64,000 bases of DNA, taken from Waterburya sp. (GTDB taxonomy: Bacteria; Cyanobacteriota; Cyanobacteriia; Cyanobacteriales; Xenococcaceae). The notes under the pieces were generated by a model. That model saw only the letters and a program-made list of their open reading frames with translations. It had not been told where the DNA came from and searched no databases. The stretch lies in NCBI GenBank assembly GCA_965217895.1, contig CBDCJV010000002.1, forward strand, positions 960,001 through 1,024,000. The letters run 5' to 3'. This document shows, in pieces, positions 33,950-42,653 of this stretch. Positions within the stretch are counted from its first letter, which is position 1. Each line of letters starts with the position of its first letter. The position numbers and the translations under genes are program-made.

Positions 33950-34129
33950 ATGGGTATTCAAGACAAAGCAGAAGAACTAAAGCTTAAAGCAGAAGCTAGA
34001 AGCGAAGATATTGAAGGTACAATTAGAGAAAAGTTGGGAGATTTTTCTGACGATCAGCAAGCAGTCGAACATGGTCAAGAGAAGCAAGAAAAAGCAGATA
34101 GTTTAAGAGAAGAAGCAGAAGAGAAATAA
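33950..34129 (+). CDS. CsbD-like small stress protein (59 aa, not in the ORF track)
   Basis: MGIQDKAEELKLKAEARSEDIEGTIREKLGDFSDDQQAVEHGQEKQEKADSLREEAEEK; GGAG RBS at 33939; downstream hairpin plus T-run at 34200-34239. Confidence 0.75.
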   Translation: MGIQDKAEELKLKAEARSEDIEGTIREKLGDFSDDQQAVEHGQEKQEKADSLREEAEEK

Positions 34130-34240
34130 TTAATCTATGGCTATATGTATGTAGTAGGTATAGCCAGATTGCAAATAAATAATTAATATATAAACATATT
34201 AGTAGGCATAAATTAACTATCGCACCTACTAATTTTTTTG

Positions 34241-34357
34241 TATAGTCATTTTAATTAATTGACCTATGGTGGTTTTGTATTGACAACAAGGTAAAACCCT
34301 ACTTGTTGCTCGTTGCTTTTTTCATAAACTACCTGATTGCTATTTAAAATGACTATA
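34241..34357. mobile_element. MITE-like element family A, copy 2
   Basis: TATAGTCATTTTAATTAATT ... CTATTTAAAATGACTATA; same termini as 3687-3818, different interior. Confidence 0.7.
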
Positions 34358-34493
34358 TATTCAACATTAAAACCTCTAATTTATTACCTTATTTAATTAA
34401 ACTTATTAGGTTCAGAATTAGTTTATAACTACAGATATAAAAAAGGTAGCAAATCCCTCACTCATGACCACTCTAAATTGTGAGTTCGGTTTC

Positions 34494-34527
34494 AAAAAAC
34501 AGCATCCCAGAATTTCTGGGATGCTGT
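34494..34527 (-). terminator. intrinsic terminator of the beta-barrel remnant
   Basis: AAAAAACAGCATCCCAGA-ATT-TCTGGGATGCTGTT; the A-run gives a U-tract on the minus strand. Confidence 0.7.
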
Positions 34528-34539
34528 TCCAGTTTCAAA

Positions 34540-34728
34540 TTATCCGTTAAAATTTGCAGCTACACCGATAACACCGTTAACATTATTATTGCCAAAGGCA
34601 TCGTAGTTAACGTTAGCATTGGCAGTTAGGCTTTTGTTAATTGGGTAATCAGCACCAGCAGTAAACATTTCACCAAGATCGCTGTTATCGCTAGCAGTGA
34701 CTCCTAAACCTCCACCAGCATAGGAAAG
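34540..34728 (-). pseudogene. C-terminal fragment of a small outer-membrane beta-barrel protein
   Basis: LSYAGGGLGVTASDNSDLGEMFTAGADYPINKSLTANANVNYDAFGNNNVNGVIGVAANFNG*: alternating beta-strand pattern ending near a terminal Phe; in-frame TAG at 34729-34731 and no start. Confidence 0.65.
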
Positions 34729-34882
34729 CTAATTTAAAAGTTCTAAATGACATGAATAATACGCTCCTATAAAAAAATAGGTAATAATCCACTTATTGGA
34801 AATTGGAGGCTTTAAATGCTGTTAAAATAAGTATTTGCAACTTGAATTTAGTTTTTTCCTTATTTAACTTCCAACAATAAAT

Positions 34883-34915
34883 AGTGTAGGCAAGGCTTAT
34901 GTCGAACTAGTGTCA
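34883..34915 (-). promoter_or_regulatory. candidate OmpR-type direct-repeat site plus -10
   Basis: Minus strand: TGACA-N6-CGACA-N11-TACACT. Confidence 0.5.
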
Positions 34916-34956
34916 ATCAGATTTTGATTTGATGACAGAGTACAAACTAACTAAAA
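34911..34956. repeat. 46-bp inverted duplication, left copy
   Basis: TGTCAATCAGATTTTGATTTGATGACAGAGTACAAACTAACTAAAA; reverse complement at 41608-41653 with 1 mismatch. Confidence 0.92.
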
Positions 34957-35004
34957 TGAAATAAACAACAACAGTTATTAATTAATAAGCTGGAGCAATA
35001 AGGA

Positions 35005-35898
35005 GTGACGTTAAAACCAGACTGGTTAAGAGTTAAAGCCCCACAGTTGGAACGAGTAGGCAATGTTAAAGAGATTTTGCGCGATCTGTCGCTAAATACT
35101 GTCTGTGAAGAGGCATCTTGTCCCAATATTGGGGAATGCTTTAGCGTTGGTACAGCTACCTTCCTAATTATGGGCTCTGCCTGTACCCGTGCCTGCCCTT
35201 ATTGTGATATTGATTTTGAGAAAAAACCTCAGGCTTTAGATTCCAATGAACCGTCGCAGTTAGCAGAAGCAGTACGCCGTCTTAAGCTCAATCATGTAGT
35301 GATTACTTCCGTAAACCGCGATGATTTGCCTGATGAAGGTGCTTCTCAGTTTGTCCGCTGTATTGAAGAGGTACGTAATGTTTCCCCTCAAACAACTATT
35401 GAGCTACTTATACCCGATTTATGTGGCAACTGGGAGGCTTTAGAAACTATCCTAGTTGCGCAACCCGATGTCTTAAATCACAACACCGAAACTATTCCCC
35501 GACTATATAAAAGAGTACGTCCTCAAGGAGAATATTTGCGATCGCTCGAACTTTTGACTCAAACTCGTAAAATTGCCCCCTGGGTATACACCAAGTCTGG
35601 CATCATGGTTGGCTTGGGGGAAACTGACGCAGAAGTTAGAGAGGTAATTCAGAGCTTACGAGATGTGGACTGCGATATTTTAACTATTGGGCAGTATCTT
35701 CAGCCCTCCCAAAAGCATTTGGGAGTTAAAGATTTTGTTGACCCTGAACAGTTTAAAGCTTGGCAAGAATTTGGAGAATCGATTGGTTTTTTGCAGGTTG
35801 TTTCTAGCCCTCTAACTCGTAGTTCTTATCATGCAGAACAGGTTAGAGCTTTGATGCAGCTTTATCCTCGACAGAAGCCTACTATATCTCCCGTGTAA
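35005..35898 (+). CDS. lipA: lipoyl synthase
   Basis: [33 protein letters not shown]. Confidence 0.97.
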   Translation: MTLKPDWLRVKAPQLERVGNVKEILRDLSLNTVCEEASCPNIGECFSVGTATFLIMGSACTRACPYCDIDFEKKPQALDSNEPSQLAEAVRRLKLNHVVITSVNRDDLPDEGASQFVRCIEEVRNVSPQTTIELLIPDLCGNWEALETILVAQPDVLNHNTETIPRLYKRVRPQGEYLRSLELLTQTRKIAPWVYTKSGIMVGLGETDAEVREVIQSLRDVDCDILTIGQYLQPSQKHLGVKDFVDPEQFKAWQEFGESIGFLQVVSSPLTRSSYHAEQVRALMQLYPRQKPTISPV

Positions 35899-36339
35899 TT
35901 ACTTACTCAATCATAACTTTACTCCACTTAGATAACCGTTAATCAAAGGCGGTTCTTTTTTTTGCGTATTTTTAGCTAATTTTGCTCAAAAAATACTGTA
36001 TTCCATAAATAACAAGGCTCATAAGTTTAATTGAGCAGCCGTGATTAAGATATAATTTGACTTTTTTTGTAAAGAAATATAAACCTTGTTTTCTTTAGGG
36101 AACTTTTAATGACGCAAATCCTTCCACTCATCAGAAAGCAATATTTGTTGGCTTTTCCTGAATCACTGTAATTCTAATAACCATCAGCCAACCGCGTTAT
36201 TACTGAGAATAGACCCGAAAACCAATAAATAACGAAAAGAATTTCAATTATGTTGCTTTTTGTTATGAATTGGGCAATCTATTCACAGAGGAGGAGTCAC
36301 ATCCAAAACCTTCACTGGAGTCGTCATTAAGAAATCGCC

Positions 36340-37593
36340 ATGCTTGCTAGTTCTTCACACCTTGAAACCGAAGGAGATAATCCTTCAACTAATTCTGACA
36401 TCGATCTAGATTTGGAACTCAAAGATAGTTCTAATAAGTTGCCCAATGAACTTGTAGAACTTGATTTGGAGAGTTCAGATCCAGAACATATTGCTCGAAG
36501 AGGTAGTCGTACTACTACTGATTTAGTCCGACTATATTTACAAGAAATCGGTAGAGTTCCTCTATTAGAAAGAGATGAAGAGGTTTCAGAGGCGCAAAAA
36601 GTTCAGCGTCATATTAATGTCTTAGAGCAACGCGCTCAAGCTGCTGAGGCAGGGGATACGACTCTGCAAGAATTTGTTCAACTGGTTGATGTATACGATC
36701 GCCTTGTAACTCAACTTAGTCATCGCCCCTCCCTGAAACGATGGTCTATAGCTTTGGGTATGGAAATCTCTTTATTAAAAGAAAAAATAGCCGTAGGCAA
36801 ACAAGCCTGGGCAGAAGTTGTGGGCTGCGATACTAAAGAGCTAGATAAAATTCAAAAAAATGGCATCCGCGCCAAGGAACACATGATCAAGGCAAATTTA
36901 CGTCTTGTGGTTTCTGTTGCCAAAAAATATCAAAATCGCGGTTTAGAACTGCTTGATTTAATCCAAGAAGGAACTTTGGGTTTAGAAAGAGCCGTAGAAA
37001 AGTTTGACCCCACCAAAGGCTATCGCTTTAGTACCTACGCTTACTGGTGGATTCGTCAGGGGATCACCAGAGCGATCGCCACTCAAAGCCGAACGATCCG
37101 CCTTCCCGTTCATATTACTGAAAAACTGAATAAAATTAAAAAAGCCCAGCGCAAAATTTCTCAAGAAATGGGACGCACGCCCAAAATTGAGGATATTGCC
37201 CAAGAGCTAGACATGACAGCAGCGCAAATTCGCGAAGTTTTATTGCGCGTACCTCGTTCTGTATCTTTGGAAATCAAGGTAGGAAAAGAAAAAGATACAG
37301 AATTAGGCGATTTGTTAGAAACCGAAAGTGCTTCTCCTGAAGAAACTTTAATGCGGGAGTCTCTACAAAAAGACCTCCACTATCTTCTTTCTGAATTAAC
37401 TACTCGCGAAAGAGAAGTTATTCAGATGCGCTTTGGTTTTGGCGGAGAGAAACCTTTTTCTCTAGCGGAAATTGGTCGTTGTTTGGAGTTATCTCGCGAA
37501 CGAGTACGCCAAATAGAAGCTAAAGCCTTGCAGAAGCTGCGTCAACCCCGAAGAAGAAATTTAATCAGAGATTATTTAGAGTCTCTAAGTTAA
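36340..37593 (+). CDS. sigC: group 2 RNA polymerase sigma factor, SigC type
   Basis: TTDLVRLYLQEIGRV..L.RDEEVSEAQKVQR; ANLRLVVSVAKKY; FSTYAYWWIRQ; SRERVRQIE. Confidence 0.88.
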   Translation: MLASSSHLETEGDNPSTNSDIDLDLELKDSSNKLPNELVELDLESSDPEHIARRGSRTTTDLVRLYLQEIGRVPLLERDEEVSEAQKVQRHINVLEQRAQAAEAGDTTLQEFVQLVDVYDRLVTQLSHRPSLKRWSIALGMEISLLKEKIAVGKQAWAEVVGCDTKELDKIQKNGIRAKEHMIKANLRLVVSVAKKYQNRGLELLDLIQEGTLGLERAVEKFDPTKGYRFSTYAYWWIRQGITRAIATQSRTIRLPVHITEKLNKIKKAQRKISQEMGRTPKIEDIAQELDMTAAQIREVLLRVPRSVSLEIKVGKEKDTELGDLLETESASPEETLMRESLQKDLHYLLSELTTREREVIQMRFGFGGEKPFSLAEIGRCLELSRERVRQIEAKALQKLRQPRRRNLIRDYLESLS

Positions 37594-37683
37594 TCTCTAA
37601 GTTAAATAATCTTGATTAAAAGCTTTTAAAAAAGAAAGATTAAGTTCTTTCTTTTTTTTTGAGAGTAATCTGTGACTTAATCT

Positions 37684-38613
37684 TTATTCCTGCAATATTT
37701 GTTGATTAAGTAATTGCTGAAAATTATCTTTGCTTGGCAGAGAAGATTGCGCACCGTTTCTAGTGACGGCTAAAGCACCTCCTACTGTTCCCCACTGGAC
37801 GGCTTCTTTCAAAGACTTGCCTGAAGCTAAGGCAACGGCTAGTGCGCCATTAAAAGCGTCTCCTGCTGCCACTGTATCCACTACAGATACGGGGATAGAC
37901 TTAATCCAAAAATTCTCTGACTCGTTGCTGTATAAACAGCCTTGGCTGCCTAAAGTTATAATGACGTTCTTGACTCCCATTTGATGCAGAAAAGATGCTG
38001 CTTGTCTGGCGGTAGTCACTCCATCTACAGTAAAACCAACCAACTGACTCGCTTCTACTTCATTAGGAGTAATGATATCGATCAGGCTATATAGTTCTTC
38101 TGGTAATTCAGACGTTATGGGAGCAGGATCGAGAATTAGGCAGCAATCGTTAGCTTTTGCCTCCCTAGCTGCTACTAAAATCGTAGCAATGGGAATTCCT
38201 AGTTCTAAAAGCACTATTTTTGCTTGGGAAAGTAAGAGTTTGAACTGCCTTAACTCTTTTTCTCTAACTAGGTTATTTGCTCCCCCTGCACAAGCAATGG
38301 TGTTAGCTCCTGTAGAATCGACTATGATTGAGGCAATTCCCGAATAGGTATGGGGATTGATCGTAATACCGCTAGTGTTTACTCCTTCGGCTTGCAAACC
38401 TGAAATGAGAGTTTGACCAAAGCTATCTTCACCAACTTGACCAATAAGGCTAACTGGTATGCCTAATTTAGCTATAGCCACTGCCTGATTAGCTCCTTTA
38501 CCTCCCGCAACGGCAAAAAAGCGATCGCCTATGACTGTCTCTCCCTTCACGGGTAGACGAGGAACTTCTATAACTAAGTCTAAATTGATACTGCCTAAGA
38601 CAACTACGGTCAT
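37684..38613 (-). CDS. rbsK: ribokinase
   Basis: GSINLD, GGKGANQAVA, PNEVEA, DTVAAGDAF. Confidence 0.92.
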   Translation of the reverse strand: MTVVVLGSINLDLVIEVPRLPVKGETVIGDRFFAVAGGKGANQAVAIAKLGIPVSLIGQVGEDSFGQTLISGLQAEGVNTSGITINPHTYSGIASIIVDSTGANTIACAGGANNLVREKELRQFKLLLSQAKIVLLELGIPIATILVAAREAKANDCCLILDPAPITSELPEELYSLIDIITPNEVEASQLVGFTVDGVTTARQAASFLHQMGVKNVIITLGSQGCLYSNESENFWIKSIPVSVVDTVAAGDAFNGALAVALASGKSLKEAVQWGTVGGALAVTRNGAQSSLPSKDNFQQLLNQQILQE

Positions 38614-38744
38614 TCTGTTTAATTTTTTGATTCTCTCACTGATTACTGATTATAGAGCCTCCCTAGCTTACTCATATATTAAATGCTGGTAAATCTACCT
38701 TTACGAACTCCTGTTTTTAAGACAAATATAACCAATTTGAGGCA

Positions 38745-38781
38745 ACAGCACTTAATCCCAACCATTTGGAATTAAGTGCTA
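38745..38781 (-). terminator. stem-loop downstream of the HtrA gene
   Basis: AGCACTTAAT...ATTAAGTGCT inverted repeat. Confidence 0.55.
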
Positions 38782-38810
38782 TTTAGTTTCGCGTCTTAAT
38801 CTCACTATTT

Positions 38811-40103
38811 TTATGGCGTTTGATCTTCTGTATCAGCTTGAGCGGTTGGATATGCCCCTGCTTTAACTGCTACATTCATCTGTTGCCCGTTACGTTTTAA
38901 ATCGAGCTGTAGGTTTTTACCCACTTGGCTGCTTTCCACTGATTGTTGCAAAGCGTCAGCATCCTTAACTGCTTGTCCGTTAACTTGTTGGATGACATCT
39001 CCAGCCCTCAAGCCAGCTTTAGCCGCAGGAGAGTCTGGTACTACTTTCATGACCAAAACGCCGCTATCGTCATAAACACTTAAACCACTATTGGGATTAG
39101 AGTTTATTTCTTGTTTAACTTCTGGGGTTAGAGTGACCATTTGGATACCTAAGAAAGGATGTTCTACTTTTCCAGAAGCAATTAACTGGTCGGAAATTTT
39201 TTGAGCAGTATCGATGGGAATAGCAAAACCAAGTCCCTGAGCTCCTTGAATAATAGCGGTATTAATGCCTACCACTTCGCCATTTTGATTTAGCAAAGGA
39301 CCGCCAGAATTGCCAGGATTGATCGCAGCATCGGTTTGAATAAAATTGACCCGTTTATCGGGAATACCTACTTGTCCTGAAGAGCGACCTGTCGCACTGA
39401 TGATGCCTTCAGTGACGGTATTATCTAATCCTAAAGGATTACCAATGGCGATCGCCGTTTCTCCTGGCTGTAGAGTCTTACTGTTACCAATTTTTACTAC
39501 AGGTAGATTTTGGGCATCAACTTTTACTACTGCTACATCGGTAACGGGATCTCTGCCCATTACCTTCCCTGGAAAAGTACGACCATCTTTTAAAGTGACG
39601 GTGACTTTTTCTGACCCATCGACAACATGAGCATTAGTCAAAATCGTGCCGTCTTTATTAATAATAAAACCAGATCCTAATCCCCTCTGAACTTCTTTAT
39701 CGGGCATTTGGGGCATTTGCGAACCAAAAAAGTTACGGAAGAAAGGGTCGTTAAACATTTGGGCATTAGGATTCTTGACCGTACGAGAAGAATCAATTCG
39801 CACTACAGCCGGTCCTACTTGTTGGGCGATCCTCGCAATCGGATTGTATACTGAACCATTAACTGCTGGCGAGGGAGTAGTAATCTGATTATTAGCTTGG
39901 GTAGATGGATTAGATTCAGCCGCTGCGGTCGTCCCTGAAACCACACTATTGTGGGCAAATAAATAGTCTCCTCCCACACCAAGTCCTGCACCCAACAAAA
40001 CCAAAGCAAAGGCAGCGACAGATTTTTGGGGTACACGGCGATGATGAGATGAAGAACCAATGACTACATTATTATTAGAATCATATTTAGGATAGGTTGG
40101 CAT
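38811..40103 (-). CDS. HtrA/DegP-family serine protease (HhoA/HhoB-like) with PDZ domain
   Basis: TNAHVV, DVAVV, DAAINPGNSGGPL catalytic triad; C-terminal PDZ; N-terminal TM. Confidence 0.95.
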   Translation of the reverse strand: MPTYPKYDSNNNVVIGSSSHHRRVPQKSVAAFALVLLGAGLGVGGDYLFAHNSVVSGTTAAAESNPSTQANNQITTPSPAVNGSVYNPIARIAQQVGPAVVRIDSSRTVKNPNAQMFNDPFFRNFFGSQMPQMPDKEVQRGLGSGFIINKDGTILTNAHVVDGSEKVTVTLKDGRTFPGKVMGRDPVTDVAVVKVDAQNLPVVKIGNSKTLQPGETAIAIGNPLGLDNTVTEGIISATGRSSGQVGIPDKRVNFIQTDAAINPGNSGGPLLNQNGEVVGINTAIIQGAQGLGFAIPIDTAQKISDQLIASGKVEHPFLGIQMVTLTPEVKQEINSNPNSGLSVYDDSGVLVMKVVPDSPAAKAGLRAGDVIQQVNGQAVKDADALQQSVESSQVGKNLQLDLKRNGQQMNVAVKAGAYPTAQADTEDQTP

Positions 40104-40153
40104 AGTTTTAAGCTTGAATTTATTTGTATATTAATATTTTTAAAATTTCCGTT

Positions 40154-40283
40154 TGTCTTTTGTGTGTCAAAAAGATAGCAGTTTGACGACGCTCAGATAA
40201 TACTTTTGTTGATTGATGTTCAAAATACCTTCACGACAATGACAAGGCTTTGACACACCCTGGTCATAAACTTTTTCTAGATT
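40154..40283. promoter_or_regulatory. divergent pair of TGACA direct-repeat sites (htrA and 40350 ORF)
   Basis: Minus: TGACA-N6-AGACA (40169-40154). Plus: TGACA-N6-TGACA-N6-GGTCA-N11-TAGATT (40240-40283). Confidence 0.5.
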
Positions 40284-40349
40284 GAAACTGTGGCGATTCG
40301 CGTTATAGATAAATTTAATTACCCTTAAAGCAGTTGAACAATAGTCAAA

Positions 40350-40574
40350 ATGAATACTTCAACTTATCAACACACACCTATTGCTGTTAATCATCAAATT
40401 CCTCAACCTGCTGCAAATGAACGTGGAAAAGAAAAGTTTGACCGTCAGAATTTAGAATTAGCCACAAAAAATGTGCAGTTAAGCGATCGCGAAATAATTA
40501 TAGCTACTGAGCCAGAAATTGTAGTAATTATAGGTTATGCAGAATTTGGCGCTCGCACCAAAACTAATAGCTAA
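40350..40574 (+). CDS. small hypothetical protein
   Basis: 74-aa ATG ORF between a candidate promoter and lepB; no recognisable motif. Confidence 0.45.
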   Translation: MNTSTYQHTPIAVNHQIPQPAANERGKEKFDRQNLELATKNVQLSDREIIIATEPEIVVIIGYAEFGARTKTNS

Positions 40575-40727
40575 AACCCAAATTATAGGCAATTCTAGTT
40601 GAATAAATATTATCGCTCTACATTTGGCGATTGCCAAAAGTGGATCTTTAAATAGCCTAATCGTAATTAGAACAGCTATAGAAATATTGTTGATTATTCT
40701 TACCTTGCCACGAAATTATTATCAAAT

Positions 40728-40759
40728 TGACATTACAGTGACAATGTTATGCCTAAACT
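40728..40759 (+). promoter_or_regulatory. candidate direct-repeat site plus -10 upstream of lepB
   Basis: TGACA-N6-TGACA-N10-TAAACT. Confidence 0.5.
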
Positions 40760-40786
40760 AAAAAATAGAATTGTATAGTTTCTTAT

Positions 40787-41383
40787 ATGTCCACAACTAA
40801 AAAACAGCCATCTCGCCAAGCACAACCAGAAAACTTTTGGCTTGAAAGTATTAAAACTCTTGGTCTTAGCCTATTTCTGGCATTTGGGATTCGGACTTTT
40901 ATAGCCGAAGCTCGTTATATTCCTTCAGGCTCGATGTTACCGACATTGCAAATAAATGACCGCCTGATCATTGATAAGATCAGCTATGACTTTAGCAATC
41001 CTAAAAGAGGAGATATTGTAGTTTTTAATCCCACCAAAACTTTAGAACAAGAAAATTTTCATGAGGCTTTTATAAAAAGAGTCATCGGTTTACCTGGAGA
41101 CAAAGTTGAGGTCAAAAACGGCAAGGTGTATGTCAATAATCTTCCTATCAAAGAAAATTACCTTGAAGCACGACCTGATTATCAATGGGGACCAGTAGTC
41201 GTTCCTGCTAACTCCTATTTGGTTCTGGGGGATAATCGCAACGATAGCTATGACAGTCATTACTGGGGTTTTGTCCCCCGTCAAAACATTATCGGTAAGG
41301 CGATGTTTCGTTTTTGGCCTTTTAATCGTATTGGCGATATTGAGCGTCCTGTTTATGTTTTGAAAAACACAGATAACAAATAA
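40787..41383 (+). CDS. lepB: signal peptidase I
   Basis: [10 protein letters not shown] (Ser), [11 protein letters not shown] (Lys), [11 protein letters not shown]. Confidence 0.96.
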   Translation: MSTTKKQPSRQAQPENFWLESIKTLGLSLFLAFGIRTFIAEARYIPSGSMLPTLQINDRLIIDKISYDFSNPKRGDIVVFNPTKTLEQENFHEAFIKRVIGLPGDKVEVKNGKVYVNNLPIKENYLEARPDYQWGPVVVPANSYLVLGDNRNDSYDSHYWGFVPRQNIIGKAMFRFWPFNRIGDIERPVYVLKNTDNK

Positions 41384-41444
41384 CAAATAGTTTTATCAAA
41401 AAGCTTTTGGCTTTTAGCTCGCTTGCCTTTTAGTTGGCAAATGG

Positions 41445-41600
41445 CGAGTAGCTTCGCTCCTTCTTGTGGGTTCAAGACCCTCACCAAACTATGTTCGGTC
41501 GTCTACAATCAGACAAGGTGTTAAACCTCGCCTGATTGCAGCTTACAGCTACGGCAAAGCCCCTTTATCGTTAATTATTTCAGCCGAGAGTACAGCTCAA
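41445..41600 (-). ncRNA. candidate structured RNA, possibly an IS200/IS605 right-end (reRNA-like) remnant
   Basis: 16-bp hairpin at 41503-41541 that pairs fully (3 G-U) only on the minus strand; further GGGT/ACCC and GAG/CTC stems; GC-richer than the flanks. Confidence 0.35.
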
Positions 41601-41607
41601 ATACTGG

Positions 41608-41653
41608 TTTTAGTTAGTTTGTACTTTGTCATCAAATCAAAATCTGATTGACA
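41608..41653. repeat. 46-bp inverted duplication, right copy
   Basis: 45/46 identical to the reverse complement of 34911-34956. Confidence 0.92.
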
Positions 41654-42094
41654 GACCGTAAATTGACACTGATTTTGGTCTTTGAGCTTCAAAAAGCACA
41701 TTATTGTTTACTGTTTCTAAAGCTTTAGTTAAATTATTCTCTGCGATCGCTATAAAAAACTGTTCGACAGGATTATACATAACTAAATTTATATTTTATA
41801 GCCAAATTAGCAGGTCATGTAATGTCAGGAAAAACTAGTCTAAGTAAGAGCGATCGCATCCCTTCTTTTGACTCAGCCTCAATTTACCTCTAACCAAATA
41901 TTTACAAGTGAGGTTTCTGCTTCAAACTTTGTGTAGGAGTACAGAGAATTTAGCTAGGTATTAATTCTGTTTAAGCACTTACCGATCTGAGATTAAATAA
42001 AATTTGAATATTGAAGCCTCAATGTCAAAACTAAGTTGGCTGAATTTTGTACGTTTTTACTTGGTCATTTGCTTTCGCACTCAAGTAAGCTGCC

Positions 42095-42607
42095 TTAATT
42101 CTTTTCATTGACTCTATCTTGGCAGCTTTGGCTTTTGTATCTTGGTGTTGTGATTTCATAACCTAGATTTTCCTCACCTAAGTTTTCTGTAATACTAAAT
42201 TGTAACTCAGTAAGATACATTTTGGCTAGCCTACCGTAGAATTTTTTCAATTTGAAGTTTTCGGCAGTAAATAAATAGGCTTCGGCATTGCTGTTTAAGT
42301 AGTGAAACTCTACCACATCTCTAACAATCTTACCCAAAAATCTCATTTCGACAATTGAAAGGAATTTCTTGGGTGGCTTATAATAATCTCCTGATTCAAA
42401 ATTAGCTTGCAAATCAAACTTAACAATAAAACTATTTGGTTTATAAGTTATTCCCAAATCGCTAGACTTTTCTTCTATCGTTAAGGAATCGTACAGATCG
42501 TTAACAGGGTTGAATAACATCAAGTATTCTACCTTAAACACCTCAAATCTAATGATTTGACCGCTTATATTTTCATAATTAAAGTCTTCTAGTTGCCAAC
42601 TGCTCAA
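42095..42607 (-). CDS. uncharacterised protein in the RiPP operon (possible divergent GNAT-like fold)
   Basis: 170 aa; TTG start with AGGAG RBS; begins 47 bp after the ATP-grasp stop; LKKFYGRL resembles GNAT motif B. Confidence 0.7.
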   Translation of the reverse strand: MSSWQLEDFNYENISGQIIRFEVFKVEYLMLFNPVNDLYDSLTIEEKSSDLGITYKPNSFIVKFDLQANFESGDYYKPPKKFLSIVEMRFLGKIVRDVVEFHYLNSNAEAYLFTAENFKLKKFYGRLAKMYLTELQFSITENLGEENLGYEITTPRYKSQSCQDRVNEKN

Positions 42608-42653
42608 TTAATCAATTCTCCTTTTTATTGATTAGTGGGCAACGTAGCTCTGC

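Noticed and set aside
41445..41600. tRNA or 6S RNA
   Set aside because: GGGTTCAAGACCC resembles a T-arm but no cloverleaf forms, and I could not build the long closing stem and central bulge of a 6S RNA.
41466..41651. 61-aa plus-strand ORF
   Set aside because: Overlaps the structured element and the inverted repeat; no RBS or protein-like features.
34911..41653. Transposon (IS21/Tn7-like TGT...ACA ends) carrying lipA to lepB
   Set aside because: No transposase, no target-site duplication (ACTAG vs GACCG), and the cargo is housekeeping genes; kept only as an inversion hypothesis.
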